DNA of 64,000 nucleotides from Chloroflexota bacterium. Lineage in GTDB: Bacteria > Chloroflexota > Limnocylindria > Limnocylindrales > CSP1-4. The notes under the pieces were generated by a model. It had not been told where the DNA came from. It searched no databases and saw nothing but the letters and a program-made list of their open reading frames with translations. The stretch spans positions 2,676 to 66,675 of the forward strand of contig JAICUI010000011.1 of the NCBI GenBank assembly GCA_025935925.1, written 5' to 3'. The position numbers were made by a program, and so were the translations under genes. Shown piece by piece: positions 27,356 through 36,919 of this stretch. Numbering within the stretch: the stretch's first letter is position 1; each line of letters starts with the position of its first letter.

Positions 27356-28596
27356 GCGCGCGCATCGACGCCGCCGGCCGGCCCTCGTCCGCCGCCGGCC
27401 GGCGCTCGCGTCTCGCGGTTCGCGCCGCCCTCGCGGCCGCGGCGCGGATCCGCATCGGGCAGCTCGTCGTCGTCATGCCGGACGGCGAGCAGCACGTGTT
27501 CGGCGACGCCCGCGCCGGGCGCCGCGCCGAGCTCCACGTGCACGACCGCCGCGCGGCGACCCGCATCCTGCTCCACGGCGAGACCGGCGCGGGCGAGGCC
27601 TACGTCGACGCGATGTGGTCGTCGCCCGATCTCGAGGCGCTGATCGAGCTCGCGGCGCTGAACCGCTCGGCGCTCGCGCTCGGTCGCGGCCCGTGGAGTG
27701 CCGCGCTCGGGATTCCGCGCACGGTCGCGCACCGGCTCCGTCGCAACACGCGCGCCGGCGCCCGCCGGAACATCGCCGCCCACTACGACCTCTCGAACGA
27801 CCTGTACCGGCTGTTCCTCGACGAGACGCTCACGTACTCGAGCGCGGTCTTCGAGTCGCCCGACCAGTCGCTCGCCGACGCGCAGCGCGTGAAGTACCGG
27901 CGGATCGCCGACAACGCCGGGCTCCGACCGGGGATGCACGTGCTCGAGATCGGCTGCGGCTGGGGCGGCTTCGCGCTGTACGCGGCCGGCGAGCGCGGCT
28001 GCACGGTCACCGGGCTCACGATCTCGGAGGCCCAGGCGAGCCTCGCCCGCGACCGCGTCCGCGAGGCGGGACTCGAGGACCGGGTCGAGATCCGCCTCCA
28101 GGACTACCGCGACGTCGAGGGCCAGTTCGACGCCGTCGTGTCGATCGAGATGCTCGAGGCCGTCGGCGCCGAGTACTACGAGGCGTACTTCTCGGCGGTC
28201 GACCGCGCGCTGCGGCCGGGCGGCCGGGCGAGCATCCAGGTGATCACCTTCCCGGACGCCGCGTACGAGACCCAGCGCCGCGGCGCCAACTGGATCCAGA
28301 CGTACATCTTCCCGGGCGGCCTGTGCCCGTCGCTCGCGGTGATCGAGCGATCGCTGCACCGGACGCGCCTGCTGCTGCGCTCGGCCGACGACATCGGGCC
28401 GAGCTACGCCCGGACGCTCCGCGCCTGGCGGACGCGGTTCCTCGCCAACCGCGACGCGGTCCGGGCCCTGGGGTTCGACGAGCGATTCCTGCGCACGTGG
28501 GAGTACTACCTCGCGCTGTGCGAGGCGGGCTTCGCGACGGGCCTGTCGCAGGACCACCAGCTGGTGCTCGAGAAGGCGCGCGGCCTCGAGCGCTGA
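27352..28596 (+). CDS. cfa: Cyclopropane-fatty-acyl-phospholipid synthase family SAM-dependent methyltransferase
   Basis: The GTG start overlaps the DUF1365 stop (GTGA). AHYDLSNDLYRLFLDETLTYSSAVF, VLEIGCGWGGFALYAA (SAM motif I), IEMLEAVG, WIQTYIFPGG. 414 aa. Confidence 0.9.
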   Translation: MSARIDAAGRPSSAAGRRSRLAVRAALAAAARIRIGQLVVVMPDGEQHVFGDARAGRRAELHVHDRRAATRILLHGETGAGEAYVDAMWSSPDLEALIELAALNRSALALGRGPWSAALGIPRTVAHRLRRNTRAGARRNIAAHYDLSNDLYRLFLDETLTYSSAVFESPDQSLADAQRVKYRRIADNAGLRPGMHVLEIGCGWGGFALYAAGERGCTVTGLTISEAQASLARDRVREAGLEDRVEIRLQDYRDVEGQFDAVVSIEMLEAVGAEYYEAYFSAVDRALRPGGRASIQVITFPDAAYETQRRGANWIQTYIFPGGLCPSLAVIERSLHRTRLLLRSADDIGPSYARTLRAWRTRFLANRDAVRALGFDERFLRTWEYYLALCEAGFATGLSQDHQLVLEKARGLER

Positions 28597-28609
28597 GCCC
28601 GCCGCGCGC

Positions 28610-29896
28610 TCACCCGTGGTGGTGGCTCGCCTCGGCCCGGGCCAGCTCGCGGGCCAGGTCGTCGATGCCCACCGTGCGCTGGGTGCCTGCCAGCAGGTCC
28701 CGCACCTGGACCTGGCCCTGGGCCAGCTCGTCGCCGAGGATGACGGCGAAGTGCGCGCCGTCCCTGCCGGCCGCCTCGAGCTGCCGACCGAGCTTGCGGC
28801 GCCCGAGGTCCGCGCGCACGCGCAGCCGCGCCGCCCGCAGGTCCGTGGCGACCTTCAGGCGCGTCACGGTGTCCTCGGGGTCCGCGCCGACGATCACCGC
28901 GAGCGGCCCTTCCGCGGCCGGCGGCTCGGTGCCCTGCTCCGCCAGCACGAGGGCGACCCGGTCGAGCCCCAGGCCGAACCCGATCCCCGGCGTCGGCTTG
29001 CCGCCCAGCAGCTCGACCAGCCCGTCGTAGCGGCCGCCACCGCCCAGCGCCTGCTGCTGGCCCTCGCGTCCGGCGACGTAGAACTCGAACGCCGTCCGCG
29101 TGTAGTAGTCGAGCCCGCGGACGAGGCCGGGCTCGATCCGGAACGGGACGCCGAGCGCGGTGAGGTGCACCTGCACCGACGCGAAATGCGCGGCGCACGC
29201 CTCGCACAGCCGGTCGGTGATCCGCGGCGCCGAGGCGTTGAGCTCGACCATCGCGGGGTCCTTGGAATCCAGCAGCCGGAGGGCGTTGCGCTCGAGGCGG
29301 TCGCGCTCCGTGGGCGGGAGCACGTCGAGGTGGCCGCGGTAGAAGTCGCGGAGCGCGTCGATGTACGCCGGCCGGCACGCCGGGTCGCCGATCGAGTTGA
29401 CCAGCACCTGGACGTCGCGGACGCCGACCTCGCCGTAGAACCGCAACCCGAGCTCGATGATCTCGGCGTCGACGGCGGGCCCCGGGTCGCCGATCGCCTC
29501 GACGTCGAACTGCCAGAACTGGCGGTACCGCCCGGCCTGCGGACGGTCGTACCGGAACATCGGTCCCGTGAACGTGAGCTTCACCGGCTGCGGCCACGTC
29601 TGCATCCCGTGCTGCACGTACGCCCGGACGATCCCGGCGGTCGGCTCCGGCCGGAGCGCCCACGCCTCGGCCTCCTCGCTCCGCGGCGCGATCCGGAACA
29701 GCTCCTTCTCGACGACGTCCGTCACGCTGCCGATCCCGCGCTCGAACACGGCCGACTGCTCGAACATCGGCGTCTCGATGGGCCGGTAGCCGTAGCGCAC
29801 GGCGAGCGCCGTGCCGGTCGATGCCAGCCGGTCGAAGACGGCGCGATCCTCGGGCAGCAGATCGCGCGTGCCCCGGGGGGCGCGGAAGGCGGGCAT
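28610..29896 (-). CDS. hisS: Histidine--tRNA ligase
   Basis: MPAFRAPRGTRDLLPED...YRPIETPMFE...LRPEPTAGIVR...FRYDRPQAGRYRQFWQFDVE...GGGRYDGL. 428 aa. The upstream part of track ORF 28610..30196 is not coding. Confidence 0.95.
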   Translation of the reverse strand: MPAFRAPRGTRDLLPEDRAVFDRLASTGTALAVRYGYRPIETPMFEQSAVFERGIGSVTDVVEKELFRIAPRSEEAEAWALRPEPTAGIVRAYVQHGMQTWPQPVKLTFTGPMFRYDRPQAGRYRQFWQFDVEAIGDPGPAVDAEIIELGLRFYGEVGVRDVQVLVNSIGDPACRPAYIDALRDFYRGHLDVLPPTERDRLERNALRLLDSKDPAMVELNASAPRITDRLCEACAAHFASVQVHLTALGVPFRIEPGLVRGLDYYTRTAFEFYVAGREGQQQALGGGGRYDGLVELLGGKPTPGIGFGLGLDRVALVLAEQGTEPPAAEGPLAVIVGADPEDTVTRLKVATDLRAARLRVRADLGRRKLGRQLEAAGRDGAHFAVILGDELAQGQVQVRDLLAGTQRTVGIDDLARELARAEASHHHG

Positions 29897-29913
29897 CGAT
29901 CCGAGTCTACGGG

Positions 29914-30270
29914 CTATGCGGGGCTGCGGAGGAGCCAGACGAAGCCGATGGCGATGAGCGCGGCAAGCACGGCGAGGCCGGCTGCGACGGCGATCGATGT
30001 CCACGCCGGCACGAACGCGCTTGCGTCGATCTCGTCGCGACCGCGTCGATAGCGCCAGAGGCCGACGACGACCAGGACGCCACCGGTGGCGATCACGAGC
30101 GTTGCGAGGGCGCGGACGATGCCCTGCCCCGTCGGGTCGAGGAACTGCGCTGCCGCGAGGCCGAGCGCGATCAGGCCGATCCCGGTCCGGAACCAAGCGA
30201 GGAACGTGCGCTCGTTGGCGAGGTGCGTGCGCGCGCGGGAGTCGGGATCGACCGGCATGCCCGCAAGCAT
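29914..30270 (-). CDS. DUF202 (YidH-like) membrane protein
   Basis: The LANERTFLAWFRTG motif plus three TM helices. About 118 aa, with an alternative Met at 30258. The remainder of track ORF 29914..30795 is antisense to the MerR gene. Confidence 0.75.
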   Translation of the reverse strand: MLAGMPVDPDSRARTHLANERTFLAWFRTGIGLIALGLAAAQFLDPTGQGIVRALATLVIATGGVLVVVGLWRYRRGRDEIDASAFVPAWTSIAVAAGLAVLAALIAIGFVWLLRSPA

Positions 30271-30298
30271 AGGCAATCCAGGCGACGTGACCCTAACC

Positions 30299-30327
30299 TT
30301 TACGTGAACGGGAAGGTTTGGTAGGAT
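30299..30327 (+). promoter_or_regulatory. Candidate promoter for a leaderless MerR-family transcript
   Basis: tttacg (30299-30304), a 17-nt spacer, then taggat (30322-30327). The ATG at 30334 lies 7 nt after the -10 element, and no Shine-Dalgarno sequence is visible. Confidence 0.4.
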
Positions 30328-30333
30328 CACGCG

Positions 30334-30849
30334 ATGACCGACGTCGCTCCCCGCCTCCTGCGCATCCAGGAGGTCGCCGCGGAGACCGGCCTCACGCCGC
30401 GGACCATCCGCTACTACGAAGAGGTCGGGCTCCTCGCCCCCGCCGCCCGCTCGGAGGGCGCGTATCGCCTGTACGACGGCGAGGACCTCGACCGGCTGCG
30501 CTTCATCCGCGGCCTGCGCGACGACGCGGGCTTCTCGCTCGCGGAGATCGGCCAGCTTCTCGAGGACGAGGACGCGCGCGCCCGCAACCGCGACCGCTAC
30601 CGCTCGTCGCGCGACCCCGTCGAACGGCGCCAGATCCTCACCGACGCCATCGACCGCGTCGACCGCCAGGTGACGTCGCTGCGCCAGAAGATCGACCGTC
30701 TCGAGGCGATGATCGTCGAGGCGGAGGAGCGCCGGTCGCATCTCGCCAGCCACGTCGACGACCTCGACGCGGGCCGCGAGCCGACGCACACGCACGATCC
30801 CCGGCCGCGGCGCTCCGCGTCCCGCGGCGGCACGGAGCCCCGCGGGTGA
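30334..30849 (+). CDS. MerR family transcriptional regulator
   Basis: LLRIQEVAAETGLTPRTIRYYEEVGLL...YRLYDGEDLDRLRFIRGLR (wHTH), followed by a coiled-coil. 171 aa. Confidence 0.9.
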   Translation: MTDVAPRLLRIQEVAAETGLTPRTIRYYEEVGLLAPAARSEGAYRLYDGEDLDRLRFIRGLRDDAGFSLAEIGQLLEDEDARARNRDRYRSSRDPVERRQILTDAIDRVDRQVTSLRQKIDRLEAMIVEAEERRSHLASHVDDLDAGREPTHTHDPRPRRSASRGGTEPRG

Positions 30850-32165
30850 CGCTCGCCGGCGCCGGCGTGACGTTCGCGAACGGCGCGCGGGCCTTCCGGC
30901 ACCGCAACTACCGGTTGTACTTCGGCGGCCAGCTCGTGTCGCTCGTCGGCACGTGGATGCAGACCGTCGCCCAGGGCTGGCTGATCCTGCAGCTCACCGG
31001 TGACCCGCTGCTGCTCGGCGTGGTGTCCGCGATGCAGTGGATCCCGGTGATGGTCCTCGGCCTGTTCGGCGGCCTGATCACGGACGCGCTGCCCAAGCGG
31101 CGGACGCTCGTCGCGACGCAGGCGATCAAGATGACGTTGTCGTTCGCGATGTTCGCGCTCGTGTTCAGCGGCTCGATCCAGGTCTGGCACGTGATGATCC
31201 TCGCCTTCCTGGGCGGCCTGACCAACGTCGTCGACATGCCCACGCGCCAGGCGTTCTCGGTCGAGATGGTCGGCCGCGAGGACGTGGGCAACGCGATCGC
31301 GCTCAACTCCGCGATGTTCAACGGCGCGCGGATCCTCGGGCCCGCGGTCGCGGGGCTCACGATCGGGGCCTTCGACATCTCGACCGCGTTCTTCATCGAC
31401 GCGATCAGCTTCCTCGCCGTCCTCATCGCCCTGCTCGCGATGCGCGAGGGCGACCTGCGCGTCGTCCCGCCGATCGCCCGGCCCACGTCCGCGGCCGAGG
31501 TCGTCGCCGGGCTGCGGGAGGGCCTCCGCTACGTCCGCCACACGCCGCTCGTGCTGTTGAGCATCCTCGTCATCGGCCTCGTGTCGACGTTCGGGATGAA
31601 CTTCCAGGTCGTCATCCCGCCCCTGACCGAGCAGATCCTCCATTCCGACGCGACGGGCTACGGCTTCCTGATGGCCGCGTCGGGCGTGGGCTCGCTGCTC
31701 GCCGCCCTGTTCATCGCGTTCTCGGGCCGCACGCGCGTCGGCCTCATCGCCGGCGGCGCGCTGCTGCTCGGCGTCGCCGAGGTGGCGCTCGGGCTGACCC
31801 AGGTGTTCGCGCTGTCGCTCGCCCTGATGTTCTTCGTCGGGCTGGGCGCCATCGCCATGGCCGCCACCGCGAACACGACGATCCAGCTCGCGGTCCCCGA
31901 CCAGCTGCGCGGCCGGACGATGTCCGTGTACACGACCGTGTTCGCGGGCTCGACGCCGATCGGCGGGCTGCTGATGGGCTACGTGGCGTCCACCGCGGGC
32001 GTCGCCGAAGCCATGATCATCGGCGGCGTCCTGTGCGTGGCGATGGGCGGCATCGCGTGGGTCTGGCTGCGCAGGATCCGCGCGGCCTCCCAGGTCGAGG
32101 GCCGTGGCGCGAAGCGCCCGGTCGCCGGCGCCGCGGCGCCCGCAACCCCCGCCCGGCCGAGGTAG
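30846..32165 (+). CDS. MFS transporter (MFS_3/EntS-like)
   Basis: The GTG start overlaps the MerR stop (GTGA). FRHRNYRLYFGGQLVSLVGTWMQTVAQGWL..., followed by ~12 TM helices. 439 aa. Confidence 0.85.
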   Translation: MTLAGAGVTFANGARAFRHRNYRLYFGGQLVSLVGTWMQTVAQGWLILQLTGDPLLLGVVSAMQWIPVMVLGLFGGLITDALPKRRTLVATQAIKMTLSFAMFALVFSGSIQVWHVMILAFLGGLTNVVDMPTRQAFSVEMVGREDVGNAIALNSAMFNGARILGPAVAGLTIGAFDISTAFFIDAISFLAVLIALLAMREGDLRVVPPIARPTSAAEVVAGLREGLRYVRHTPLVLLSILVIGLVSTFGMNFQVVIPPLTEQILHSDATGYGFLMAASGVGSLLAALFIAFSGRTRVGLIAGGALLLGVAEVALGLTQVFALSLALMFFVGLGAIAMAATANTTIQLAVPDQLRGRTMSVYTTVFAGSTPIGGLLMGYVASTAGVAEAMIIGGVLCVAMGGIAWVWLRRIRAASQVEGRGAKRPVAGAAAPATPARPR

Positions 32166-32167
32166 CC

Positions 32168-34495
32168 CTAGCCGAGGTCTCGCTGGACGTTCAGCACGTC
32201 CTTGAGCTGCTCGACGCGTGACATCACCTTCGCGAGCTGCGCGACGGACGCGACCTGAAGCGTCATCGCCACCACCGCCGTGTGGTCGGGGTTCACCCCG
32301 ACGTTCGCCGACAGGATGTTCACCTTGTTCTCGGCCATCACCTGGGTGATGTCGGACAGCAGGCCCGTCCGGTCGTACGCCTCGACGCGGATCGCGATCG
32401 GGTACGTCTGCGCCGGCGCGGCCTCCCACTCCACGTCGATCAGCCGCGAGACCTCGCGCTCGTTGAGCACCGTCGGGCAGGAGCGCAGGTGCACCGTGAT
32501 CCCCTTGCCCCGGGTGATGAACCCCTGGATCGGGTCGCCCGGGATCGGGTGGCAGCACTTGGCGAACCGGACGAGGAGGTCCCCCACCCCCTTGACCCGG
32601 ACGCCGCCGGTGCGCGCGGGCTGGGTCGGCGCGATCGTCGGCAGCGCCGCCGCGCCGTCGTCGAGCACGCCCAGCCGCATCACGACCGTCTGGGGGTTGA
32701 TCGCCCCGTAGCCGATCGCCGCGAAGAAGTCGTCGACGGTGTCGTGGTTGTAGGCGCGCGCGACCTCCGCGATCTTGTCGAGCCCCACGGCCTGGACGTT
32801 GGTCCGAGCGAGGCGCCGGAGCTCGCGCTCGAGGGACTCGCGGCCGTGGACGATGTTCTCCGCGCGGTCCTTCTTCTTGAACCACTGCCGGATCTTTTCC
32901 CGCGCGTGCGAGGTGCGGACGATGTTGAGCCAGTCGCGCGACGGTCCGTGCTCGCCCTTGGTCGTGACGATCTCGACGATGTCGCCGTTCTTGAGCCGGT
33001 AGTCGAGCGGCACCAGCCGGTTGTTGACCTTCGCTCCGATCGTCCGGTGGCCGACGTCGGTGTGGATCCGGTACGCGAAGTCGAGCGGCGTCGCGCCGGC
33101 CGGCAGGTCCTTGACGTCGCCGCGCGGCGTGAACACGAACACCTGGTCCTGGAAGATGTCGAGCTTGATGCCCTCGACGAACTCGGTCGCGTCCGAGTCG
33201 CTGACGTCGCGCTGCCACTCCATCAGCTGGCGCAGCCAGGCGAGCTTCGCGTCGTAGTCGCGCTCCGCCTTCGAGCCTTCCTTGTACCGCCAGTGGGCCG
33301 CGATCCCGACCTCGGACACCTGGTGCATCGCGTGGGTCCGGATCTGGATCTCGAGCGGCTTCCCGTCGAGCGCGATCACGGCCGTGTGGAGCGACTGGTA
33401 CAGGTTGTTCTTGGGTACGGCGATGTAGTCGTCGAACTGGCCCGGGATCGGGCGCCACAGCGCGTGGACGATGCCGAGCGCCGCGTAGCAGTCGCGGATC
33501 TCGTCGACGAGCAGGCGGATGGCGTAGACGTCGTAGATCTCGCCGAACTCCGCGCCCTTGCGCTGCATCTTCTTCCAGATGCTGTAGATGTGCTTCGGGC
33601 GGCCCTGGAGCTCGGCGTCGATGCCGGCGGCCTCGAGCCGCGGCCGCAGCTCCTCGATCGCCTGGTCGATGTAGCCCTCGCGGCCGCGGCGGCGCGTGTC
33701 GAGGAGCTTGGCAAGCTCGCGGTAGGCCTCGGGCTCCAGGACCTTGAAGCTCAGGTCCTCGAGCTCCCACTTGATCTGCCAGATCCCGAGCCGCTCCGCG
33801 AGCGGGGCGTAGATCTCCATCGTCTGGCGGGCGATGCGCTGCTGCTTCTCGGGCTTGAGCGCCCCGAGCGTGCGCATGTTGTGCAGCCGGTCGGCGAGCT
33901 TGATGAGCACGACGCGGATGTCGTCGGCCATCGCCAGGAACATCTTCCGGATGTTCTCGGCCTGCTGCTGCTCGTGGCTGTGGGTCGAGAAGCGCGACAG
34001 CTTCGTGACCCCGTCGACGAGGTGCGCGATCTCGGGGCCGAAGGCATCCTCGACGTCGGCGAGGCTGTACTCGGTGTCCTCCGGGACGTCGTGGAGGAGC
34101 GCGGCCGCGACGGCGACGGGGTCGATGCCGAGCTCGGCGAGGATCTGCGCCGCCGCGATCGGGTGCGTGACGTACGGCTCGCCCGACGCGCGGACCTGCG
34201 CCTCGTGCGCCTGCACGGCGAGGTCGAACGCTCGGTCGACGAGCACGAGGTCGGCCTGCGGGTGGTGCTGGCGGAGCGCCGCGAGCAGCCGGCCGCGGAG
34301 CTCCTCGAGATCCGTCGTCCCGGAGGCGGGGGCGCGGCGCGCGGGCGCGCTCGTCGTGGCAGCGGCGACGTCGGTCGCGGGCGTCGAAGCCGGCGACGCC
34401 GGCGACTCGGTAGCGGTCCGGGCGCGGCCCCTGGCGCGTGGTGCCGCCGGTGCCTCGAGGGGCACCTCCGGATCACGGACGACGGGCTCGGCCAT
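32168..34495 (-). CDS. rel: Bifunctional (p)ppGpp synthetase/hydrolase (RelA/SpoT homologue)
   Basis: HD domain (HPIAAAQILAELGIDPVAVAAALLHDVPEDT), synthetase domain (YRSLHTAV-like YQSLHTAVIALDGKPLEIQIRT), then TGS, a zinc-finger-like CCHPIPGD and a C-terminal ACT. 775 aa. Confidence 0.95.
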   Translation of the reverse strand: MAEPVVRDPEVPLEAPAAPRARGRARTATESPASPASTPATDVAAATTSAPARRAPASGTTDLEELRGRLLAALRQHHPQADLVLVDRAFDLAVQAHEAQVRASGEPYVTHPIAAAQILAELGIDPVAVAAALLHDVPEDTEYSLADVEDAFGPEIAHLVDGVTKLSRFSTHSHEQQQAENIRKMFLAMADDIRVVLIKLADRLHNMRTLGALKPEKQQRIARQTMEIYAPLAERLGIWQIKWELEDLSFKVLEPEAYRELAKLLDTRRRGREGYIDQAIEELRPRLEAAGIDAELQGRPKHIYSIWKKMQRKGAEFGEIYDVYAIRLLVDEIRDCYAALGIVHALWRPIPGQFDDYIAVPKNNLYQSLHTAVIALDGKPLEIQIRTHAMHQVSEVGIAAHWRYKEGSKAERDYDAKLAWLRQLMEWQRDVSDSDATEFVEGIKLDIFQDQVFVFTPRGDVKDLPAGATPLDFAYRIHTDVGHRTIGAKVNNRLVPLDYRLKNGDIVEIVTTKGEHGPSRDWLNIVRTSHAREKIRQWFKKKDRAENIVHGRESLERELRRLARTNVQAVGLDKIAEVARAYNHDTVDDFFAAIGYGAINPQTVVMRLGVLDDGAAALPTIAPTQPARTGGVRVKGVGDLLVRFAKCCHPIPGDPIQGFITRGKGITVHLRSCPTVLNEREVSRLIDVEWEAAPAQTYPIAIRVEAYDRTGLLSDITQVMAENKVNILSANVGVNPDHTAVVAMTLQVASVAQLAKVMSRVEQLKDVLNVQRDLG

Positions 34496-34543
34496 CCACG
34501 GAGTCTACCCCGTGGCCGTTCGCGGACCGGCACCAGCCAAGGG

Positions 34544-35263
34544 TCAGCCGAGGAGCGACAGTGCGAGCCCGCCCGACAGCCGCAGGCCGCCCTGCGGCGT
34601 GACGCGCGCCGAGGTCAGCGTGAGCGGGACGTCCTGGCCGCCGTGGAGGAGCACCACGTCCGTGCCGGCGAGGAAGCCCTCGGCACGGACGACGAGGTCG
34701 CCGGCGGGCGTGACGACGAACCGCCCGTCGACGTCGACGCCGAGCCCGGTGCGGACGGTGAGCCGGTCGGGGGCGGTGAGCACGACCGCCTTGGGCGTGA
34801 TGCCGGCTTGCCGCTCGATCGCGTCGGAGATCAGCGACTCCACCTGCGCCCTTGGCAGCTCCGCGGTCGCGACGAGGTGGTCGGGCTCGCCGGAGATCCC
34901 GATGGCGTCGAGGCGGATGGTCGTCCCGTCCTCGAGCGGGACCGTGACGCCGGTCAGGGTTCCGCCGACGCCGCCGACCGTGCGATCCAGCACCGAGACG
35001 TCGGCGAGCGCGAGGTCGAGGTGGTCGATCGCCATGCCGCGGTACGTGGCGCGGTCGGCGAGAACGCGCACGTGGTCGGCGCGCATCCCGAGGAGGTCGG
35101 TCGGCGGGTCGCTCCGGACCGTGACCGTCGTGTCGTCCGAGTGCAGCCCGGCGGCGGTGACGGCGCCCGAGAGGAGGCCTTCGGCAACCGCGGGCAGGCC
35201 GATGGTCAGCACCAGCACCAGCACGATCGCGGCGAGCATCAGGGTGAACAGGCAGCCGCGCAC
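34544..35263 (-). CDS. Membrane-anchored DUF2993/LmeA-like protein
   Basis: N-terminal TM (LFTLMLAAIVLVLVLTIGLPAV), then beta-rich repeats of the V.V....P...LL.G..D.V type. GTG start 3 nt after the murE stop. The family assignment is tentative. Confidence 0.5.
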   Translation of the reverse strand: MRGCLFTLMLAAIVLVLVLTIGLPAVAEGLLSGAVTAAGLHSDDTTVTVRSDPPTDLLGMRADHVRVLADRATYRGMAIDHLDLALADVSVLDRTVGGVGGTLTGVTVPLEDGTTIRLDAIGISGEPDHLVATAELPRAQVESLISDAIERQAGITPKAVVLTAPDRLTVRTGLGVDVDGRFVVTPAGDLVVRAEGFLAGTDVVLLHGGQDVPLTLTSARVTPQGGLRLSGGLALSLLG

Positions 35264-35266
35264 CGG

Positions 35267-36919
35267 TCAGCGGGCCTCGCCCATGAAGCCCATCGCCGCG
35301 AGGGTCCGTCGCGCCACGCCCGCCTCGTCCCACGGGATCGCGTGGTCGGCGTACAGGATCGTCGGCTCGTGGCCCTTGCCCGCAAGGAGCACGACGTCGC
35401 CCGGACGGGCACGCTCGAAGGCGGCCTCGATGGCCGCGTCCCGATCCGGGATCGCGAGGGCGTCCACGCCCGGGCGCCGGCCGGCGCCCCCCGCGCCGCG
35501 CACGATCTCGTCGACGATCGCCTGGCGGTCCTCGCCGCGCGGGTCCTCGTCGGTCGCCACGACGAGTCGGCAGCGCTCGCCGGCGATCCGGCCCATCGCG
35601 GATCGCTTCGCGACGTCCCGCTCGCCCCCCGACCCGAACACGGCGATCAGCCCCCCGCCGCGGGCCGCGGCGATCGGCGCGAGCAGGTCGAGCACGCCGC
35701 GCAGCGACGCCGGCGAATGCGCGTAGTCGACGATGACCCCGAACGGCTGCCCGGCGTCGATGCGCTCCATCCGGCCCGGCACGCCCTCGACGGCCTCGAG
35801 CCCGCGGCGGACGGCGTCGGGATCCAGGCCGAGCCCCTGGCCGAGCGCGACGACCGCGAGCGCGTTGTGGACGTTGAACCGGCCCGCGAGCCGCAGCTCC
35901 AAGCGCCCCTCGCCGGGTGCGCCGACGAACCCCACACGGAGACGGCGCGCGTCCTCCTCGACCGAGGTCGCCCGGACGTCGGCGGCGGCATCCGTCCCGT
36001 ACGTCAGGATCGTCGCCCCGGCCTCGCGGGCGGCGGCCTCGAACCAGGGCGCGGTGGGATCGTCGCGGTTGATCACCGCGAGCTTCGGCCACGGGCGCCC
36101 GGCAACCTCCTTGCGCGGGTTGGACGGACCCTCGGCGAGCGCCGTGAACAGCTTCAGCTTCGCAGCGCGGTAGCGCTCGAACGTGCCGTGCAGGTCGAGG
36201 TGCTCGTGGGTCAGGTTCGTGAACACCGCGGCGTCGTACGCGATGCCGGCGACGCGCTCGAGCTCCAGCGCGTGCGACGTCGTCTCGACCACCGCCACCC
36301 GATTGCCGTTCGCGGCCATCGCCCGCAGCGTCGCCTGGAGCTCCGGGGCGCCGGGCGTCGTGACGTGCGCCTCGTGGCGCACCCGGGTGTCGCCGACGCG
36401 TGTCTCGACCGTGCCGATGAGCCCGGCGCTCAGCCCCGCGGCCTCGAGCGCGGCGGCCGCGAGGAACGACGTGGTCGTCTTGCCGTCCGTGCCGGTCACG
36501 CCGATGACCCCGAGACCCCGCGACGGATCCTCGTTCCACCACGCCGCGGCCGCGGCGAGCGCGGTCCTCGAGGCCGCGACGACCAGCTGCGGCACCGGGA
36601 CCCCGGGGACCGGCCGCTCGACGACTGCGGCGGCCGCCCCCGCCCGTGCGGCGGCGTCCACGAACTCGAGCCCATCGACGTGGAACCCGGGCACCGCGAC
36701 GAACAGCGTCCCCGGTCGGACCTCGCGCGAGTCCTCGGCGACGCCGCGGACCTCGATCCCGGCAAGTGCCCCGGTGCCCGCGGGACGGTCGTCGAGCCGG
36801 GCGCCACGCACCAGGGCCGAGGCGTCCAGGCGCTGGAGCAGGCCGGCGAGGCGGCGAGGCTCGCCCGGCGCCGCCGCCGCGACGAGGCGCTCGACCGGGT
36901 CCGGCTCGTGGGCGCTCAT
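35267..36919 (-). CDS. murE: UDP-N-acetylmuramoyl-L-alanyl-D-glutamate--(diamino acid) ligase MurE
   Basis: VIGVTGTDGKTTTSFL (P-loop), DYAHSPASL, and GKGHE. The position corresponding to the DNPR motif reads TDEDPRGE. 550 aa from the ATG at 36919, which overlaps the FemAB stop by 4 nt. Confidence 0.9.
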   Translation of the reverse strand: MSAHEPDPVERLVAAAAPGEPRRLAGLLQRLDASALVRGARLDDRPAGTGALAGIEVRGVAEDSREVRPGTLFVAVPGFHVDGLEFVDAAARAGAAAAVVERPVPGVPVPQLVVAASRTALAAAAAWWNEDPSRGLGVIGVTGTDGKTTTSFLAAAALEAAGLSAGLIGTVETRVGDTRVRHEAHVTTPGAPELQATLRAMAANGNRVAVVETTSHALELERVAGIAYDAAVFTNLTHEHLDLHGTFERYRAAKLKLFTALAEGPSNPRKEVAGRPWPKLAVINRDDPTAPWFEAAAREAGATILTYGTDAAADVRATSVEEDARRLRVGFVGAPGEGRLELRLAGRFNVHNALAVVALGQGLGLDPDAVRRGLEAVEGVPGRMERIDAGQPFGVIVDYAHSPASLRGVLDLLAPIAAARGGGLIAVFGSGGERDVAKRSAMGRIAGERCRLVVATDEDPRGEDRQAIVDEIVRGAGGAGRRPGVDALAIPDRDAAIEAAFERARPGDVVLLAGKGHEPTILYADHAIPWDEAGVARRTLAAMGFMGEAR

